A stretch of DNA of 64,000 nt. Source: Minisyncoccota bacterium. Lineage in GTDB: Bacteria > Patescibacteriota > Minisyncoccia > Phycocordibacterales > UBA9973. Under the pieces are notes generated by a model. It searched no databases. It saw only the letters and a program-made list of their open reading frames with translations, and was not told the DNA's origin. Location: the NCBI GenBank assembly GCA_041675085.1, contig JBAYUN010000003.1:28798-92797 (forward strand), given 5' to 3'. The translations under genes and the position numbers were made by a program. Within the stretch, counting starts at the first letter, position 1. The number at the start of each line of letters is the position of its first letter. Positions 1-9,631 of this stretch are shown one piece after another.

Positions 1-344
1 ATAACGAATAGTGAATATTTACTGAGCCAAGAGTTGGCATATTTATTATTTCTTCTTTAAGTATTTTACCGTATGCAACTACGATAAATAGCGTAGCTTC
101 TATTTGGCGTAATTTTTGAATTACTTCTTCATCAAATTTCTCAGGCTGTATGTATTCTGTATTATTCTCTATTGCCCAGACTTTTGCGGGTGGAGGAGTT
201 AGTAGCATTTTTCGCCCCTGCGGTTTATCTGTAGCAGTGACTATCAGAGAAGGTAAAAATCCTGATTCTTTGAGAATTTCTAGAGTTTTACTAGCTACAT
301 CAGGTGTACCAAAAAATACAAATTTAAAATTTTTATCTTGCATG
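1..344 (-). CDS. fmt: methionyl-tRNA formyltransferase, N-terminal part (gene continues beyond window start)
   Basis: Reverse-complement of 1..344 translates from the ATG at 342-344 as MQDKNFKFVFFGTPDVASKTLEILKESGFLPSLIVTATDKPQGRKMLLTPPPAKV. This is the classic Fmt N-terminus (FxGTPxxA ... TxPDxPxGRGxxLxPSPVK). It lies directly downstream of def on the same strand (def-fmt operon). It is absent from the ORF track because it runs off the window. Confidence 0.8.
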
Positions 345-355
345 TTTATTCTTAA

Positions 356-889
356 TTAAGGCAAATCTTCTATACGCAATTCTTTTGCATGGTCTATAAA
401 AAGGATACCGTTTAGGTGATCTGTCTCATGTTGGAATATTTGCGCTAAAAGCCCACTCCCACCACGACTGAATTTATTGCCTTCTTCGTCATAGGCTTCG
501 ACTGTAGCTTTTTTGGCTCTGTATGTCTTGCCATATACTGGACGAACAGAGAGACATCCTTCGGGTACCCAATCTTTTTCTTTTGATAGTTTGGTTATAA
601 CTGGATTAATAAACACTAAATTCTTTACATGTTCTGTATTTTCCGTCTTCTTGCCTCTAATAAAACTCTTTTCAAAAATTTTACCTGACACTAAAAAAAT
701 ACGATAAGAATATCCTATCTGAGGTGCAGCAATAGCTACGCCATCGTATTGGCTGTCTAAAGCTTCCGACATATCTTTTAGCATTTTTACGACTTTAGGA
801 GTCTTAATGTTTTTAAGGTCGACTTCTTTGGCAATTTCTCTCAAGACAGGTTCTTCACTTTGTAAAATAGTTTTTACTTTACTTTTCAT
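356..889 (-). CDS. def: peptide deformylase
   Basis: The 177-aa ORF carries the three PDF motifs: GVAIAAPQIG (GxGxAAxQ), EGCLSV (EGCLS) and QHETDHLNG (HExxH). Confidence 0.9.
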   Translation of the reverse strand: MKSKVKTILQSEEPVLREIAKEVDLKNIKTPKVVKMLKDMSEALDSQYDGVAIAAPQIGYSYRIFLVSGKIFEKSFIRGKKTENTEHVKNLVFINPVITKLSKEKDWVPEGCLSVRPVYGKTYRAKKATVEAYDEEGNKFSRGGSGLLAQIFQHETDHLNGILFIDHAKELRIEDLP

Positions 890-900
890 GGCTTGTTATG

Positions 901-2196
901 TTATTTGATTTCTTTTAAGTATTCTAACAATTTACTGATTTTAACTGTATTTTGAGATCTATTAGACATGTCGCGTACAATCACAGAATCTTCTATTGCT
1001 TCTTTTACTCCAAAGATGATAGCGTAGGGGATATTGAGTCTCTCTGCTACAGCTAATTGAGATCCTAGAGAATCTTTAGACAAAGATTGCATTATCGGTA
1101 TATGAGCTTTTCTTAAGATTTCGATAATATTTAGACTTTTTAGTTTTGCTTCTCCACCTAGTTGGATAAAATATATTTTTGGTTTTTTGATAATACGAGG
1201 AGAAAGTTTTTTGTACCAAGTAGATCCGACTACGCGATCAACTCCAATAGAGAATCCTACAGCAGGTACATCTTTTTTGCTACCGATTTGTTTAGCTAAA
1301 TAATCATATCTGCCACCTGAAGCGATAGCCATAGTAGTGCCGTCTTCTTCATTCGTCTCTATAACTTCAAAAACTGTACGAGTATAATAAGACAAGCCTC
1401 TAACTAGATTTTTGTTGATATTATAATTAATACCCATTTCTTCCAAATATTCTAAAACTTCTTTGAAATGCTTTTTACAAGTAGGGCATAGGAAAGATAT
1501 TGCGTCTGGTGCGCCTTCATTTATCTCTTTGGTTTTTGCTTCTTTAGAGTCTAGTATACGAAGAGGGTTAGTCTTTAATCTCTCTTTGTCTATTGTTGGT
1601 AAACCTGATAAATTCTTTTTATAGTAATTTACCAATTCTTTTATATAACTATTACGACATTCTTTGTCTCCTATAGAATTGATATCTACCGATAGATTAT
1701 GAGCTCCGGCTTCTTCTAAAATGCTCATACCTACTTTGATAACCAAAGCGTCCATGATACTTTTTTCGCTACCTAGAGAGTCTATGTCGAATTGATAAAA
1801 TTGTCGGTAACGTCCTTTTTGAGGATTGTCATGTCTGAAAACCGGTCCGTATTGATAGAACATTACAGGCTGAGGCATAGTCTGCATTCCATGCTCGATA
1901 TAAGCACGCATTAAAGGTGCAGTATGTTCAGGGCGAAGAGCGAGTTGATCTCCACCTTTAGTTTTTAGAGAATACATTTCTTTGTCTATTATATCTGTAC
2001 CTTCTCCGATACCTGTAGTAAAAATACTTTCTTGTTCTAGTATTGGAGTTTCTATCGGTTTGAAACCATAGTATACAGCTACTTCTTGAGCTTTTTCAAA
2101 GAAGCCTTGGAAGCTGTAATATTCTTCGTTCATAATATCTCTCATTCCTTTTGGAGATGCTATTTCTTTTGGAGTTGTTTTCTTTGCGTTTTTCAT
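901..2196 (-). CDS. hisS: histidyl-tRNA synthetase (class II)
   Basis: The ORF contains GMRDIMNEE, RPEHTAPLMR and GPVFRHDNPQKGRYRQFYQFD (HisRS motif 2), with a C-terminal anticodon-binding domain. The track start at 2214 is a GTG. The first ATG (MKNAKK..) at 2194-2196 is preferred and also removes the overlap with lepB. Confidence 0.85.
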   Translation of the reverse strand: MKNAKKTTPKEIASPKGMRDIMNEEYYSFQGFFEKAQEVAVYYGFKPIETPILEQESIFTTGIGEGTDIIDKEMYSLKTKGGDQLALRPEHTAPLMRAYIEHGMQTMPQPVMFYQYGPVFRHDNPQKGRYRQFYQFDIDSLGSEKSIMDALVIKVGMSILEEAGAHNLSVDINSIGDKECRNSYIKELVNYYKKNLSGLPTIDKERLKTNPLRILDSKEAKTKEINEGAPDAISFLCPTCKKHFKEVLEYLEEMGINYNINKNLVRGLSYYTRTVFEVIETNEEDGTTMAIASGGRYDYLAKQIGSKKDVPAVGFSIGVDRVVGSTWYKKLSPRIIKKPKIYFIQLGGEAKLKSLNIIEILRKAHIPIMQSLSKDSLGSQLAVAERLNIPYAIIFGVKEAIEDSVIVRDMSNRSQNTVKISKLLEYLKEIK

Positions 2197-2200
2197 TTTT

Positions 2201-2752
2201 TTATTTAAAATCACCTGGTTTATAATTGATATGATTGATAGGGAATAGTCTCAGGAATGCTTGGCCTATTATTAAATCTTTCGGTACCGCGCCCCAATAT
2301 CTCGAATCCGAACTTGCATTACGATTGTCTCCCATAACAAAGTATTCGTCCGCTTTGAGTTCAAAAAAAGTTGCGCCGTCGGCTATCTGACTTTTAATGA
2401 AAGGTTCTGAGAGAGTTATCTCATTGCCGTCTTTTTGGATTATCTTTATGACATCTTTCTGAATACTGACTGTTTCATTTGGTAATCCTATAACTCTTTT
2501 GATAAAGAATTTAGATGGGTCTTCGGGGTATCTAAATATAACGACATCATTTCTCTCTACTTCACTCACTCTATATGATATTTCGTCGACTATTAGATAG
2601 TCGCCATTCTCAAATGTAGGGTACATAGATGAGCCCGATACAATGAAAGGCTGAGCTACGAAAACTCTAATCGGAATAACAATAATAATTGAGAGAATAA
2701 TAAATTTTATTGTCTCCCAAAACGCATTCTTTTTAATTTTTTCTTCTTCCAT
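2201..2752 (-). CDS. lepB: signal peptidase I
   Basis: An N-terminal TM segment is followed by SGSSMYPTF (catalytic Ser box), a KRVIGLPNE region and GDNRNASSDSRYWG (box E). The track start at 2806 is a TTG. The internal ATG (MEEEKIKK..) just before the TM is the more plausible start. Confidence 0.8.
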   Translation of the reverse strand: MEEEKIKKNAFWETIKFIILSIIIVIPIRVFVAQPFIVSGSSMYPTFENGDYLIVDEISYRVSEVERNDVVIFRYPEDPSKFFIKRVIGLPNETVSIQKDVIKIIQKDGNEITLSEPFIKSQIADGATFFELKADEYFVMGDNRNASSDSRYWGAVPKDLIIGQAFLRLFPINHINYKPGDFK

Positions 2753-2848
2753 GTAGCAATTGTAGCACAAAATAAACTTGACTGAATAGACAAACACATT
2801 GTGCAATATAATTTACTTTAATATTTTAAATGTTATTATTAAAAACAA

Positions 2849-3379
2849 ATGAGTATTATATTTGGATTGGGAAATATCGGTGAAGAATATAAAAACACAC
2901 GTCACAATGCGGGTGTGATAATTTCTAATTTAGTAGAGAAGAAACTAGGAGATGATAAGAAATACAAATTTGTAGAGATAGATAACTTTATGAATAATTC
3001 AGGCAAGACCATCTCGTACTATATTAAAAATCAAAAAGATTTGTCTAAGCTTGTAGTTATCTATGATGATATTGATTTACCATTAGGTAAAATTAAAATA
3101 TCTTTCAAACGCTCCAGTGGTGGGCACAATGGCGTTGGTAATATCATTAAAGTTTTAAAGAGTGAAGAATTCTTGCGTATTCGTATCGGGATCTGCCCAA
3201 CAACTCCGACAGGCAAAAACAAGAAACCAAAAGGGGAGGATAAAATCTTAAAATTCCTCCTTGGTGAATTCAAAAAAGAAGAATTAGATGTACTAAAAAA
3301 AGTAGCTAAAAAAGTAACTGAAGCAATAGAAGTAATAGAAAAAGAAACCTACCAAAAGGCTATGACTTTGTATAATTAA
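2849..3379 (+). CDS. pth: peptidyl-tRNA hydrolase
   Basis: GLGNIGEEYKNTRHNAGV (Pth N-terminal His motif), NNSGKT and GGHNGV are conserved. Length is 176 aa. Confidence 0.85.
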   Translation: MSIIFGLGNIGEEYKNTRHNAGVIISNLVEKKLGDDKKYKFVEIDNFMNNSGKTISYYIKNQKDLSKLVVIYDDIDLPLGKIKISFKRSSGGHNGVGNIIKVLKSEEFLRIRIGICPTTPTGKNKKPKGEDKILKFLLGEFKKEELDVLKKVAKKVTEAIEVIEKETYQKAMTLYN

Positions 3380-3382
3380 GCT

Positions 3383-3411
3383 TGACTTTTTAGTAAAAGT
3401 ATGCTATATTA
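3383..3411 (+). promoter_or_regulatory. sigma70-like promoter (TTGACT-17-TATATT)
   Basis: cTTGACTttttagtaaaagtatgcTATATTat lies upstream of the 3523 ORF. Confidence 0.35.
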
Positions 3412-3522
3412 TAGCTGTATTTTGATCTTTTAAAAAGAGAATTTTGAAGGTTGGTAATAGCTTGTAGCTAATTATTTTTTTGGCTTTAAACTATTACTTA
3501 ACCATTTAAAAATTTTTACATA

Positions 3523-3873
3523 ATGAAAGCAGGATATTTCTTTTTGAAAGATTCAAGAAATGGAAAAAATATTTCCATAGTACTTTTTCACAAATTAAAT
3601 AAAAAATTAAACGTGTTCCATGCTATAAATATAGCAAATAGTTTTTTGCCAATGAAACAATATTCCCTAAAATCATTGGGGAAAAAAGCTACAAAAAAAC
3701 AAGTTAAAGATTTTATGAGTGTAGAGTTGTATTATACATATCATCCAGAAGAATTCTATAATCTAGTGAATCATTGCAAATTCCATTGTAATAGAACAAC
3801 AAAAACACGCTATTTAGCGTTAATGGATTTTGTTGGTTTACCAAAAAAAAGATTTTCTCGTTTTGAAAATTAA
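3523..3873 (+). CDS. hypothetical protein
   Basis: 116-aa ORF, basic, with no recognisable motifs. It is followed by a stem-loop terminator. Confidence 0.25.
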   Translation: MKAGYFFLKDSRNGKNISIVLFHKLNKKLNVFHAINIANSFLPMKQYSLKSLGKKATKKQVKDFMSVELYYTYHPEEFYNLVNHCKFHCNRTTKTRYLALMDFVGLPKKRFSRFEN

Positions 3874-3916
3874 ATGATTTTCTGAGACGGGAATACTGTA
3901 TTAGATTAGTAATACA

Positions 3917-3953
3917 AAAGCTTGAAAGGGATTTAACCTTCAAGCTTTTTTTA
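3917..3953 (+). terminator. rho-independent terminator
   Basis: AAGCTTGAA-agggatttaacc-TTCAAGCTT is followed by a T7 run. Confidence 0.5.
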
Positions 3954-3990
3954 TTTCCTATTTTTATATTTCTTTAACTGCTTCGATTGG
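3946..3990. repeat. direct repeat copy 1 (duplicate of dnaE 3' end plus stop)
   Basis: tttttttatttccta[ttttt ata]tttctttaactgcttcgatt matches 4601..4638 apart from a small indel. Its reverse complement encodes ..PIEAVKEI*, the same as the dnaE C-terminus (LIEAVKEI*). Confidence 0.5.
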
Positions 3991-4099
3991 GAAGGTCAGA
4001 CTTTCCATGTTTGACAATATCTTTTTAATTTTACAAAGTAGACAACTTGTGTTAAGGTAAATTTGAGATTAAATTGTTCAATTTTTAAAATATAATAGT

Positions 4100-4558
4100 A
4101 TGTCACTAATAATATGTGGTACAAAAGATATAATTTCGATTCCTGTACCAAAAGAAATTTCTTGTCCTCTAACTGTATTACTAGAGTTGCAAAAAATATT
4201 TAATACTGAAGTACTGGGTATTACTTATGGAAAGAATAGTCCTTTTCTTCTCAAAGATCATAACTTATTTTGCATAACAACAAACAATAAAGGTTTATTT
4301 GATTTATGCGTAAAGAACGGAACCTTGTCTTTCTATGAACAAGAGCATAGCAGGCCTACGCATGTTGACCTTTCTGCTTTAGACGTATCTACAGTTCTTC
4401 TAAATTTCTTTAGTGCTTTAAAAAAAGTACTATATTCTGAAATAAGAATCGAATTACATAGCACAGACGCTACAAGAACTTTTTCTTATAGATTGTCGAT
4501 TAAAGAGGACGTATTGTTAAGAGAAAGTCTGGATTTTAAGAGATCTTCTGATTTCTGA
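4100..4558 (+). CDS. hypothetical protein (cargo between direct repeats)
   Basis: 152-aa ORF with no recognisable motifs. It is bracketed by ~40-nt direct repeats at 3946..3990 and 4601..4638. Confidence 0.3.
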   Translation: MSLIICGTKDIISIPVPKEISCPLTVLLELQKIFNTEVLGITYGKNSPFLLKDHNLFCITTNNKGLFDLCVKNGTLSFYEQEHSRPTHVDLSALDVSTVLLNFFSALKKVLYSEIRIELHSTDATRTFSYRLSIKEDVLLRESLDFKRSSDF

Positions 4559-4600
4559 AAGATTAATTTACAAAAGTACACTTTATAAAGTTAGAGTGTA

Positions 4601-4638
4601 TTTTTTTTATTTCCTAAATTTCTTTAACTGCTTCGATT
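4601..4638. repeat. direct repeat copy 2 (authentic dnaE 3' end)
   Basis: tttttttatttcctaaatttctttaactgcttcgatt overlaps the last codons and stop of dnaE (minus strand). Confidence 0.5.
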
Positions 4639-7600
4639 AGTATGGTCTTAGTGTCTTGTCTTATTGAGACTTTGCCAGTGAAGGCTATGCATTTTTCTGT
4701 TTGGAGTATGGCTTCTGAAGTTTTATAAATACTTGGGAACGCTACGACTTCTATACTTCCAGTAAAATCAGCCACTCTCAAGAACGCCATCTTTTCATTT
4801 TTCTTAGTTATGATTTCTTTTGTATTTTCTATAATTCCAGCTAGAGTGACAACGTTGCCCTCTTTACCTTTTTCTAAAATTTTAGCGATATTGATTTCTC
4901 TTTTTTCTAATTTATCTCTAACTCTATCGAGTGGATGACCTGAGATATAGAGTCCGAGTAATTCTTTTTCCCAAAGTAATTTCTCGTTCTTATTCGCTAG
5001 TGGAGCATCAGTGAGTTTGAATTCTGGAGCTTTTATCTCAGATAATCCTCCAAACAGGGAAATCTGATTTGCGTTTTGTTTGCTACCTTCTTTGTTGTAG
5101 AGGAGCATGTCTTCTAGGTTTGCTAGCAATACTCCACGATCAGCCCACTGGTCCATGCTTCCAGATTTGATTAGAGCTTCCATGGATTTTTTATTTAAAT
5201 TTTTATGTTTAATTCTATCTAGAAAGTCGCCAATAGATTTGAATTTGCCATTATTTTTTCTCTCAGATATTATAGCTTCTCCGATATCGGCTCCAAAGTT
5301 TTTAATAGTATAGAGTCCAAAACGTATCGTCTCTTGGTTAACACAAGTAAAACCTTTAAAGCTTTCATTAATATTTGGAGGCAAGACTTTGATTTTCATT
5401 TTCTCACACTCACTAACTATTTCAGAAATTTTTTCTACGTCTCCGGATTCAGCTGTGAGTACAGCGGACATGTATTCTACCGGGTAATTCGCCTTCATAT
5501 AAGCGGTCTGATATGCGACGCGTCCATATGATGCTGAGTGAGCTTTGTTGAAACCGTAGGCTGCGAAAGGTTCTATCTGACTCCAGAGTTCTTGTGCTTT
5601 TTTCAAAGGCCATTTAGAGTGCTCAACACAACCAGTGATAAAATGTTCTTTTTGTTTTTCCATTTCTTCTGGGATTTTCTTACCCACAGCTTTACGGAAT
5701 TTGTCAGCTTCTCCCCAAGAGTATCCTGCAATATCAATAGCTATCATCAAAAGGTCGTCTTGATATACAAGCACTCCATAAGTTTGCTTTAGTATTGGTT
5801 CAAGCATTGGATCCATGTATTTCACTAGACTTGGGTTGTGTTTGCGTTCGATATAAAGAGGGATGAATTGTATCGGACCGGGACGGTATAGAGCGACCAT
5901 AGCGTTGATATCGTGAATAGAAGTAGGTTTCAATTGTTTTAAATATTGAGTCATACCTCCACCGTTGAGTTGGAATAATCCCATAGTTTCTCCACGCGCG
6001 AGAAGCTCGAAAGTTTTTTTGTCTGCTACGTCAACGTTCTCGATATCTACTTCAATGTTGTGAATTTTCTTTACTATTTTCACAGCGTCAGCAAGGATAG
6101 AGAGGTTACGAATACCCAAGAAGTCGAATTTAGGAAGACCAACGTCTTCTATCTGATACATGTCGTATTGAGTTATGACATCGCCACCTTTCGGATCGTA
6201 TTGTACTGGAGTGAATTCGTACAAGGGCTTCGGAGCGATGACGATACCGGCCGCATGCACCGATACGTGACGGACACAACCTTCCATCTTTTTCGCCAGG
6301 TCGATAATCTCACGAGTAATTTCTTCTTTTTCATATGCTTCTTTGAGTTCGGGAACTAATTTAAAAGCATGCTTGATAGTCATCGGCATACCTTGAGAAC
6401 CCATAGGTATCATACTCGAAATGCGGTCACCAACAGAGTATTCATGACCCAAGGCGCGAGCTACGTCGCGCACCGAACCTTTAGCCATCATGGTTCCAAA
6501 AGTTCCTATTTGAGCTACACGATCTTTGCCGTATTTTTGTTTGGTATATTCTATCATCTCGGCGCGTCTGTTGTCGGCAAAGTCCATATCGATATCGGGC
6601 AGCGACGGACGTTCGGGATTTAGGAATCTTTCGAAAGGTAATTTGTAAGTTAACGGGTCGACGTTGGTAATACCGAGGAGGTATGTAGTCAGAGAGCCGG
6701 CGACTGATCCTCTGATGTTTGTTAGGATACTATTCTCACGAGCATAACGAAGCAAATCTCCCACAACTAGGAAATAAGTCGAATAACCTTTTTGTTTAAT
6801 GATACCGAGTTCGTATTCGAGTCTATCGACGTAGTCTTTAGTTTGTTCTAGCTTACGGAAAGGGAATCCAGCATAAGCGAGTTCTTTTAATACTATATTT
6901 GGGTCACGGTCACCTTCGATTTTGAATTCTGGGAAATACGGCACCCCGAGTTCTATCTCGTAGTCTTCACACATATCGGCTACTATTTTTGTATTACTGA
7001 CCGCCTCCGGAGCGTCTTTAAAGTATTGAAAAGCAGTCTTGGTATCGATAAAAGAAAAGTCATCATCTGAGAATTCAAATTTACCTTTTTCTTTTCCGTC
7101 GGAACCGGTATTAACTTGGAGCAAAGTGTGGTGAGCTTTATGATCGTCACGACAAGGATAATGAGAGTCTTGAGTTGCGACTACTCGCAATCCAAAACGA
7201 GTAGCGAGCGCCAATAGCTTTTCTCTGAGCTCTGCGTCACGTTCGATATGAGGGTGAGATTGAATCTCTAGAAAATAATTTTCCTTACCAAAAATATCAA
7301 TATGAGTATTTATTATCTCTTCTACTTTTTCATGATTCTCAGCCAAGATAGCGCGTGAGAGTTTGCCTCCCATACAACCCGAAAGACAGATAATACCTTC
7401 AGCGTGTTTTTTAACTAATTCTTCATCGACGCGAGGTTTATAATAATATCCGTCGAGGTTAGCCGTCGTCACTATCTGCATTAAATTTTTGTAACCTTTT
7501 AAGTTTTTGGCTAGCAGTATTAGGTGATATCTTTTGTTATCTATACCAGGAGATTTGTCGGTAAGTTTTCTCTCGGCGACGTAGACTTCACAACCGATGA

Positions 7601-7799
7601 TAGGCTTGATACCTTCTTTTTTACATTCTTTATAAAACTCAATAGCGCCGTACATATTGCCGTGATCGGTCAGAGCTACAGCAGGCATTTTGAATTTCTT
7701 GGCTAAAGCTACAATATCCTCCACCTTAGAAAGTCCGTCGAGTAGGGAATAATGAGAGTGAGTATGCAAATGTATGAATTCTTTTGTAACTTTTGTCAT
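4614..7799 (-). CDS. dnaE: DNA polymerase III alpha subunit
   Basis: 1061 aa. The N-terminal PHP domain reads [47 protein letters not shown] polymerase core follows and a C-terminal OB-fold. Confidence 0.9.
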   Translation of the reverse strand: MTKVTKEFIHLHTHSHYSLLDGLSKVEDIVALAKKFKMPAVALTDHGNMYGAIEFYKECKKEGIKPIIGCEVYVAERKLTDKSPGIDNKRYHLILLAKNLKGYKNLMQIVTTANLDGYYYKPRVDEELVKKHAEGIICLSGCMGGKLSRAILAENHEKVEEIINTHIDIFGKENYFLEIQSHPHIERDAELREKLLALATRFGLRVVATQDSHYPCRDDHKAHHTLLQVNTGSDGKEKGKFEFSDDDFSFIDTKTAFQYFKDAPEAVSNTKIVADMCEDYEIELGVPYFPEFKIEGDRDPNIVLKELAYAGFPFRKLEQTKDYVDRLEYELGIIKQKGYSTYFLVVGDLLRYARENSILTNIRGSVAGSLTTYLLGITNVDPLTYKLPFERFLNPERPSLPDIDMDFADNRRAEMIEYTKQKYGKDRVAQIGTFGTMMAKGSVRDVARALGHEYSVGDRISSMIPMGSQGMPMTIKHAFKLVPELKEAYEKEEITREIIDLAKKMEGCVRHVSVHAAGIVIAPKPLYEFTPVQYDPKGGDVITQYDMYQIEDVGLPKFDFLGIRNLSILADAVKIVKKIHNIEVDIENVDVADKKTFELLARGETMGLFQLNGGGMTQYLKQLKPTSIHDINAMVALYRPGPIQFIPLYIERKHNPSLVKYMDPMLEPILKQTYGVLVYQDDLLMIAIDIAGYSWGEADKFRKAVGKKIPEEMEKQKEHFITGCVEHSKWPLKKAQELWSQIEPFAAYGFNKAHSASYGRVAYQTAYMKANYPVEYMSAVLTAESGDVEKISEIVSECEKMKIKVLPPNINESFKGFTCVNQETIRFGLYTIKNFGADIGEAIISERKNNGKFKSIGDFLDRIKHKNLNKKSMEALIKSGSMDQWADRGVLLANLEDMLLYNKEGSKQNANQISLFGGLSEIKAPEFKLTDAPLANKNEKLLWEKELLGLYISGHPLDRVRDKLEKREINIAKILEKGKEGNVVTLAGIIENTKEIITKKNEKMAFLRVADFTGSIEVVAFPSIYKTSEAILQTEKCIAFTGKVSIRQDTKTILIEAVKEI

Positions 7800-7859
7800 T
7801 TTTTCTATAATAGCATATTTAGAGATTATTTTTATTGTGTTTAGTTTTTTGTGGAAATT

Positions 7860-7880
7860 GGCGGAGGTAACGCCTCCGCC
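7860..7880. repeat. GC-rich REP-like hairpin
   Basis: GGCGGAGG-taacg-CCTCCGCC in an AT-rich intergenic region just downstream of the RAYT-like gene. A near-identical hairpin sits at 8564..8589. Confidence 0.5.
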
Positions 7881-7902
7881 AATTTGGTTCTTATGTTCTT
7901 AG

Positions 7903-8541
7903 TTAATTTTCTAACCTAAAATTAAGCCAACCAAAAAGCTCTTTTTTGTGATCATTTATTTTTATAAAATAATCTGGAAAAACTTCTGGATTTATTGTCG
8001 TAAATGAATTTTCAGAGTATTCCTTTATGCTTGAATATTTATAACTAAAAACATAGTCTAATAATTTTATTGAATTTCTGGTCCTATTCTCTTTCCAATT
8101 CTTGTCTATTAGTTTAGCAGGGTTTAAATGAACGTATGAATAAATATATTTTAAATAATTATCTGTATTTAAATGAGTTGATTTGAATACACCTTCATAT
8201 AATTTACCAGTTCTTTTGTATTTTTTGTTAAAATACATAGTATAGGCAGTCATTAATTTAAGCATATATTTAGAAATGCCACCTTCTGTATTTTCAGTGA
8301 TTAAAATATGAAAATGATTTGGCATTAAAACATAAGCACCTATATTTACCAATAATTCTATTCTATCAAATTTCTCATTTATTTTTCTCAGTTCAAGGCT
8401 TTTTGTTGTGTTGCAAACATACATTAAATACAAAAAGTGGTTATAATCTTTTTCATCTAAAAATATTTCTCTTTTTTCTGTACCTCTATTATATAAATGA
8501 TAAAATTCACCATGTGCAAAATTTTGTTTTCTGTAACTCAT
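7903..8541 (-). mobile_element. IS200/IS605-family Y1 (HUH) transposase, RAYT-like (COG1943)
   Basis: Motifs: FAHGEFYHLYNRGTEKREIF (the conserved YHVxxRG N-terminus of COG1943 transposases), the HUH motif MPNHFHILI, and a C-terminal Tyr region YIYSYVHLNP. Flanked on both sides by GGCGGAGG/CCTCCGCC hairpins. Confidence 0.6.
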
Positions 8542-8563
8542 ATCTATATTTTACTAAAAGATT

Positions 8564-8589
8564 AGGGCGGAGGCAACGCCTCCGCCCTA
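8564..8589. repeat. GC-rich REP-like hairpin
   Basis: AGGGCGGAGG-caacg-CCTCCGCCCT, immediately upstream of the RAYT-like gene start. Confidence 0.5.
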
Positions 8590-8640
8590 ACAGTTTTGCT
8601 TTGTTTAGTTTTTCGTGTTATTATGATTCTTGAATAAGTT

Positions 8641-9435
8641 TTGTTTCTTCACAATTTAAATTACCATATTATGGATAATAATAAAAAAACCTTAATAAGT
8701 CTTTTTAGAATAACTTTATTTCTAACATTAATACATGGATTTTATTTGTTTTATACATATGGAACAGACATGTTCTATATGTATTATCCAAATAAATTTG
8801 TATTTTTCCAACAAGACCAATTACTTTTATTCTCGTCTATGATACCTAAAGAAATAACACTATCATTTACCTTACCTAAGGTGATTGATATTTTATTTGT
8901 ACCATTATTGTTTTTTGCTTATTTTCTTGTTGTCATAGACCATTCTGAGCCAGAATATAATCAAATGCATTATGATCCTAAAGAAATGGATGATGATAAT
9001 TTCATGTCTTTAATTGTCGTTATCGTGACATTAGGTATTTTCTTTGTTTGTTATGGAATTGCTATTAATTTATATGCTCACATGAGGCTAGAACACTATT
9101 TGGACATATATATATTTTCCATATATCTGGTGCCTGTTTTGTTTTGTGAATTTTATAAACTTGCTGTAGGTCAAGTAATTTTCACCTCAGAACAAGAAAA
9201 TACTGCTGGCCTTGTGGTTGTAACACCTATTATCTCTTTATTATTCATTAATTTTGTTAATAATAATGATGGTAATTCTATTACACTTTCATTATTAGCA
9301 TCATTAGTAATTGTTTTTCCTTTACTAGAATTTCTTACTTTTGTTGCATCTCAAAAAAGTACTATTGTTTTTTTAGCAAAAAAAATAATGCTACTTTTTA
9401 CCAATTTTGGTAAATGGCTGTTATTCGTTAAATAA
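8641..9435 (+). CDS. hypothetical polytopic membrane protein
   Basis: 264 aa with multiple hydrophobic helices. The likely start is MDNNKK at 8671. No catalytic motifs. Confidence 0.35.
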   Translation: MFLHNLNYHIMDNNKKTLISLFRITLFLTLIHGFYLFYTYGTDMFYMYYPNKFVFFQQDQLLLFSSMIPKEITLSFTLPKVIDILFVPLLFFAYFLVVIDHSEPEYNQMHYDPKEMDDDNFMSLIVVIVTLGIFFVCYGIAINLYAHMRLEHYLDIYIFSIYLVPVLFCEFYKLAVGQVIFTSEQENTAGLVVVTPIISLLFINFVNNNDGNSITLSLLASLVIVFPLLEFLTFVASQKSTIVFLAKKIMLLFTNFGKWLLFVK

Positions 9436-9446
9436 TAAACAAAATT

Positions 9447-9482
9447 ATTATAAGACAAGCTTCGCGAAGTTTGTCTTTTTTA
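9447..9482 (+). terminator. rho-independent terminator
   Basis: GACAAGCTTCG/CGAAGTTTGTC stem followed by TTTTTTATTTT. Confidence 0.5.
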
Positions 9483-9631
9483 TTTTGTCTAAAAGGCATA
9501 AAGAGGTTATAATATAACTATTAAAATTTAGTCGGTAAAAAGGAAAACACCCCCGCAAGAATTTTCAAAAGAAAACTTAAGGGTAACTGTGTTTTTTGTA
9601 AAAAAATTATAAGTTAAATAAATAAAATATT

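Noticed and set aside
150-359. 69-aa plus-strand ORF at the window start
   Set aside because: It overlaps the antisense of the well-supported fmt N-terminus and has no motif.
2753-2806. Longer lepB start (track start 2806) and longer hisS start (2214)
   Set aside because: Both extended starts are non-ATG (TTG/GTG) codons. ATG codons just downstream (2752 and 2196) give N-termini that match family expectations and remove the gene overlap.
2777-2812. TTGACT ... TATAAT pair upstream of pth as a promoter
   Set aside because: The spacer between the two hexamers is ~23 nt, too long for a sigma70 promoter. Any promoter here must use different elements.
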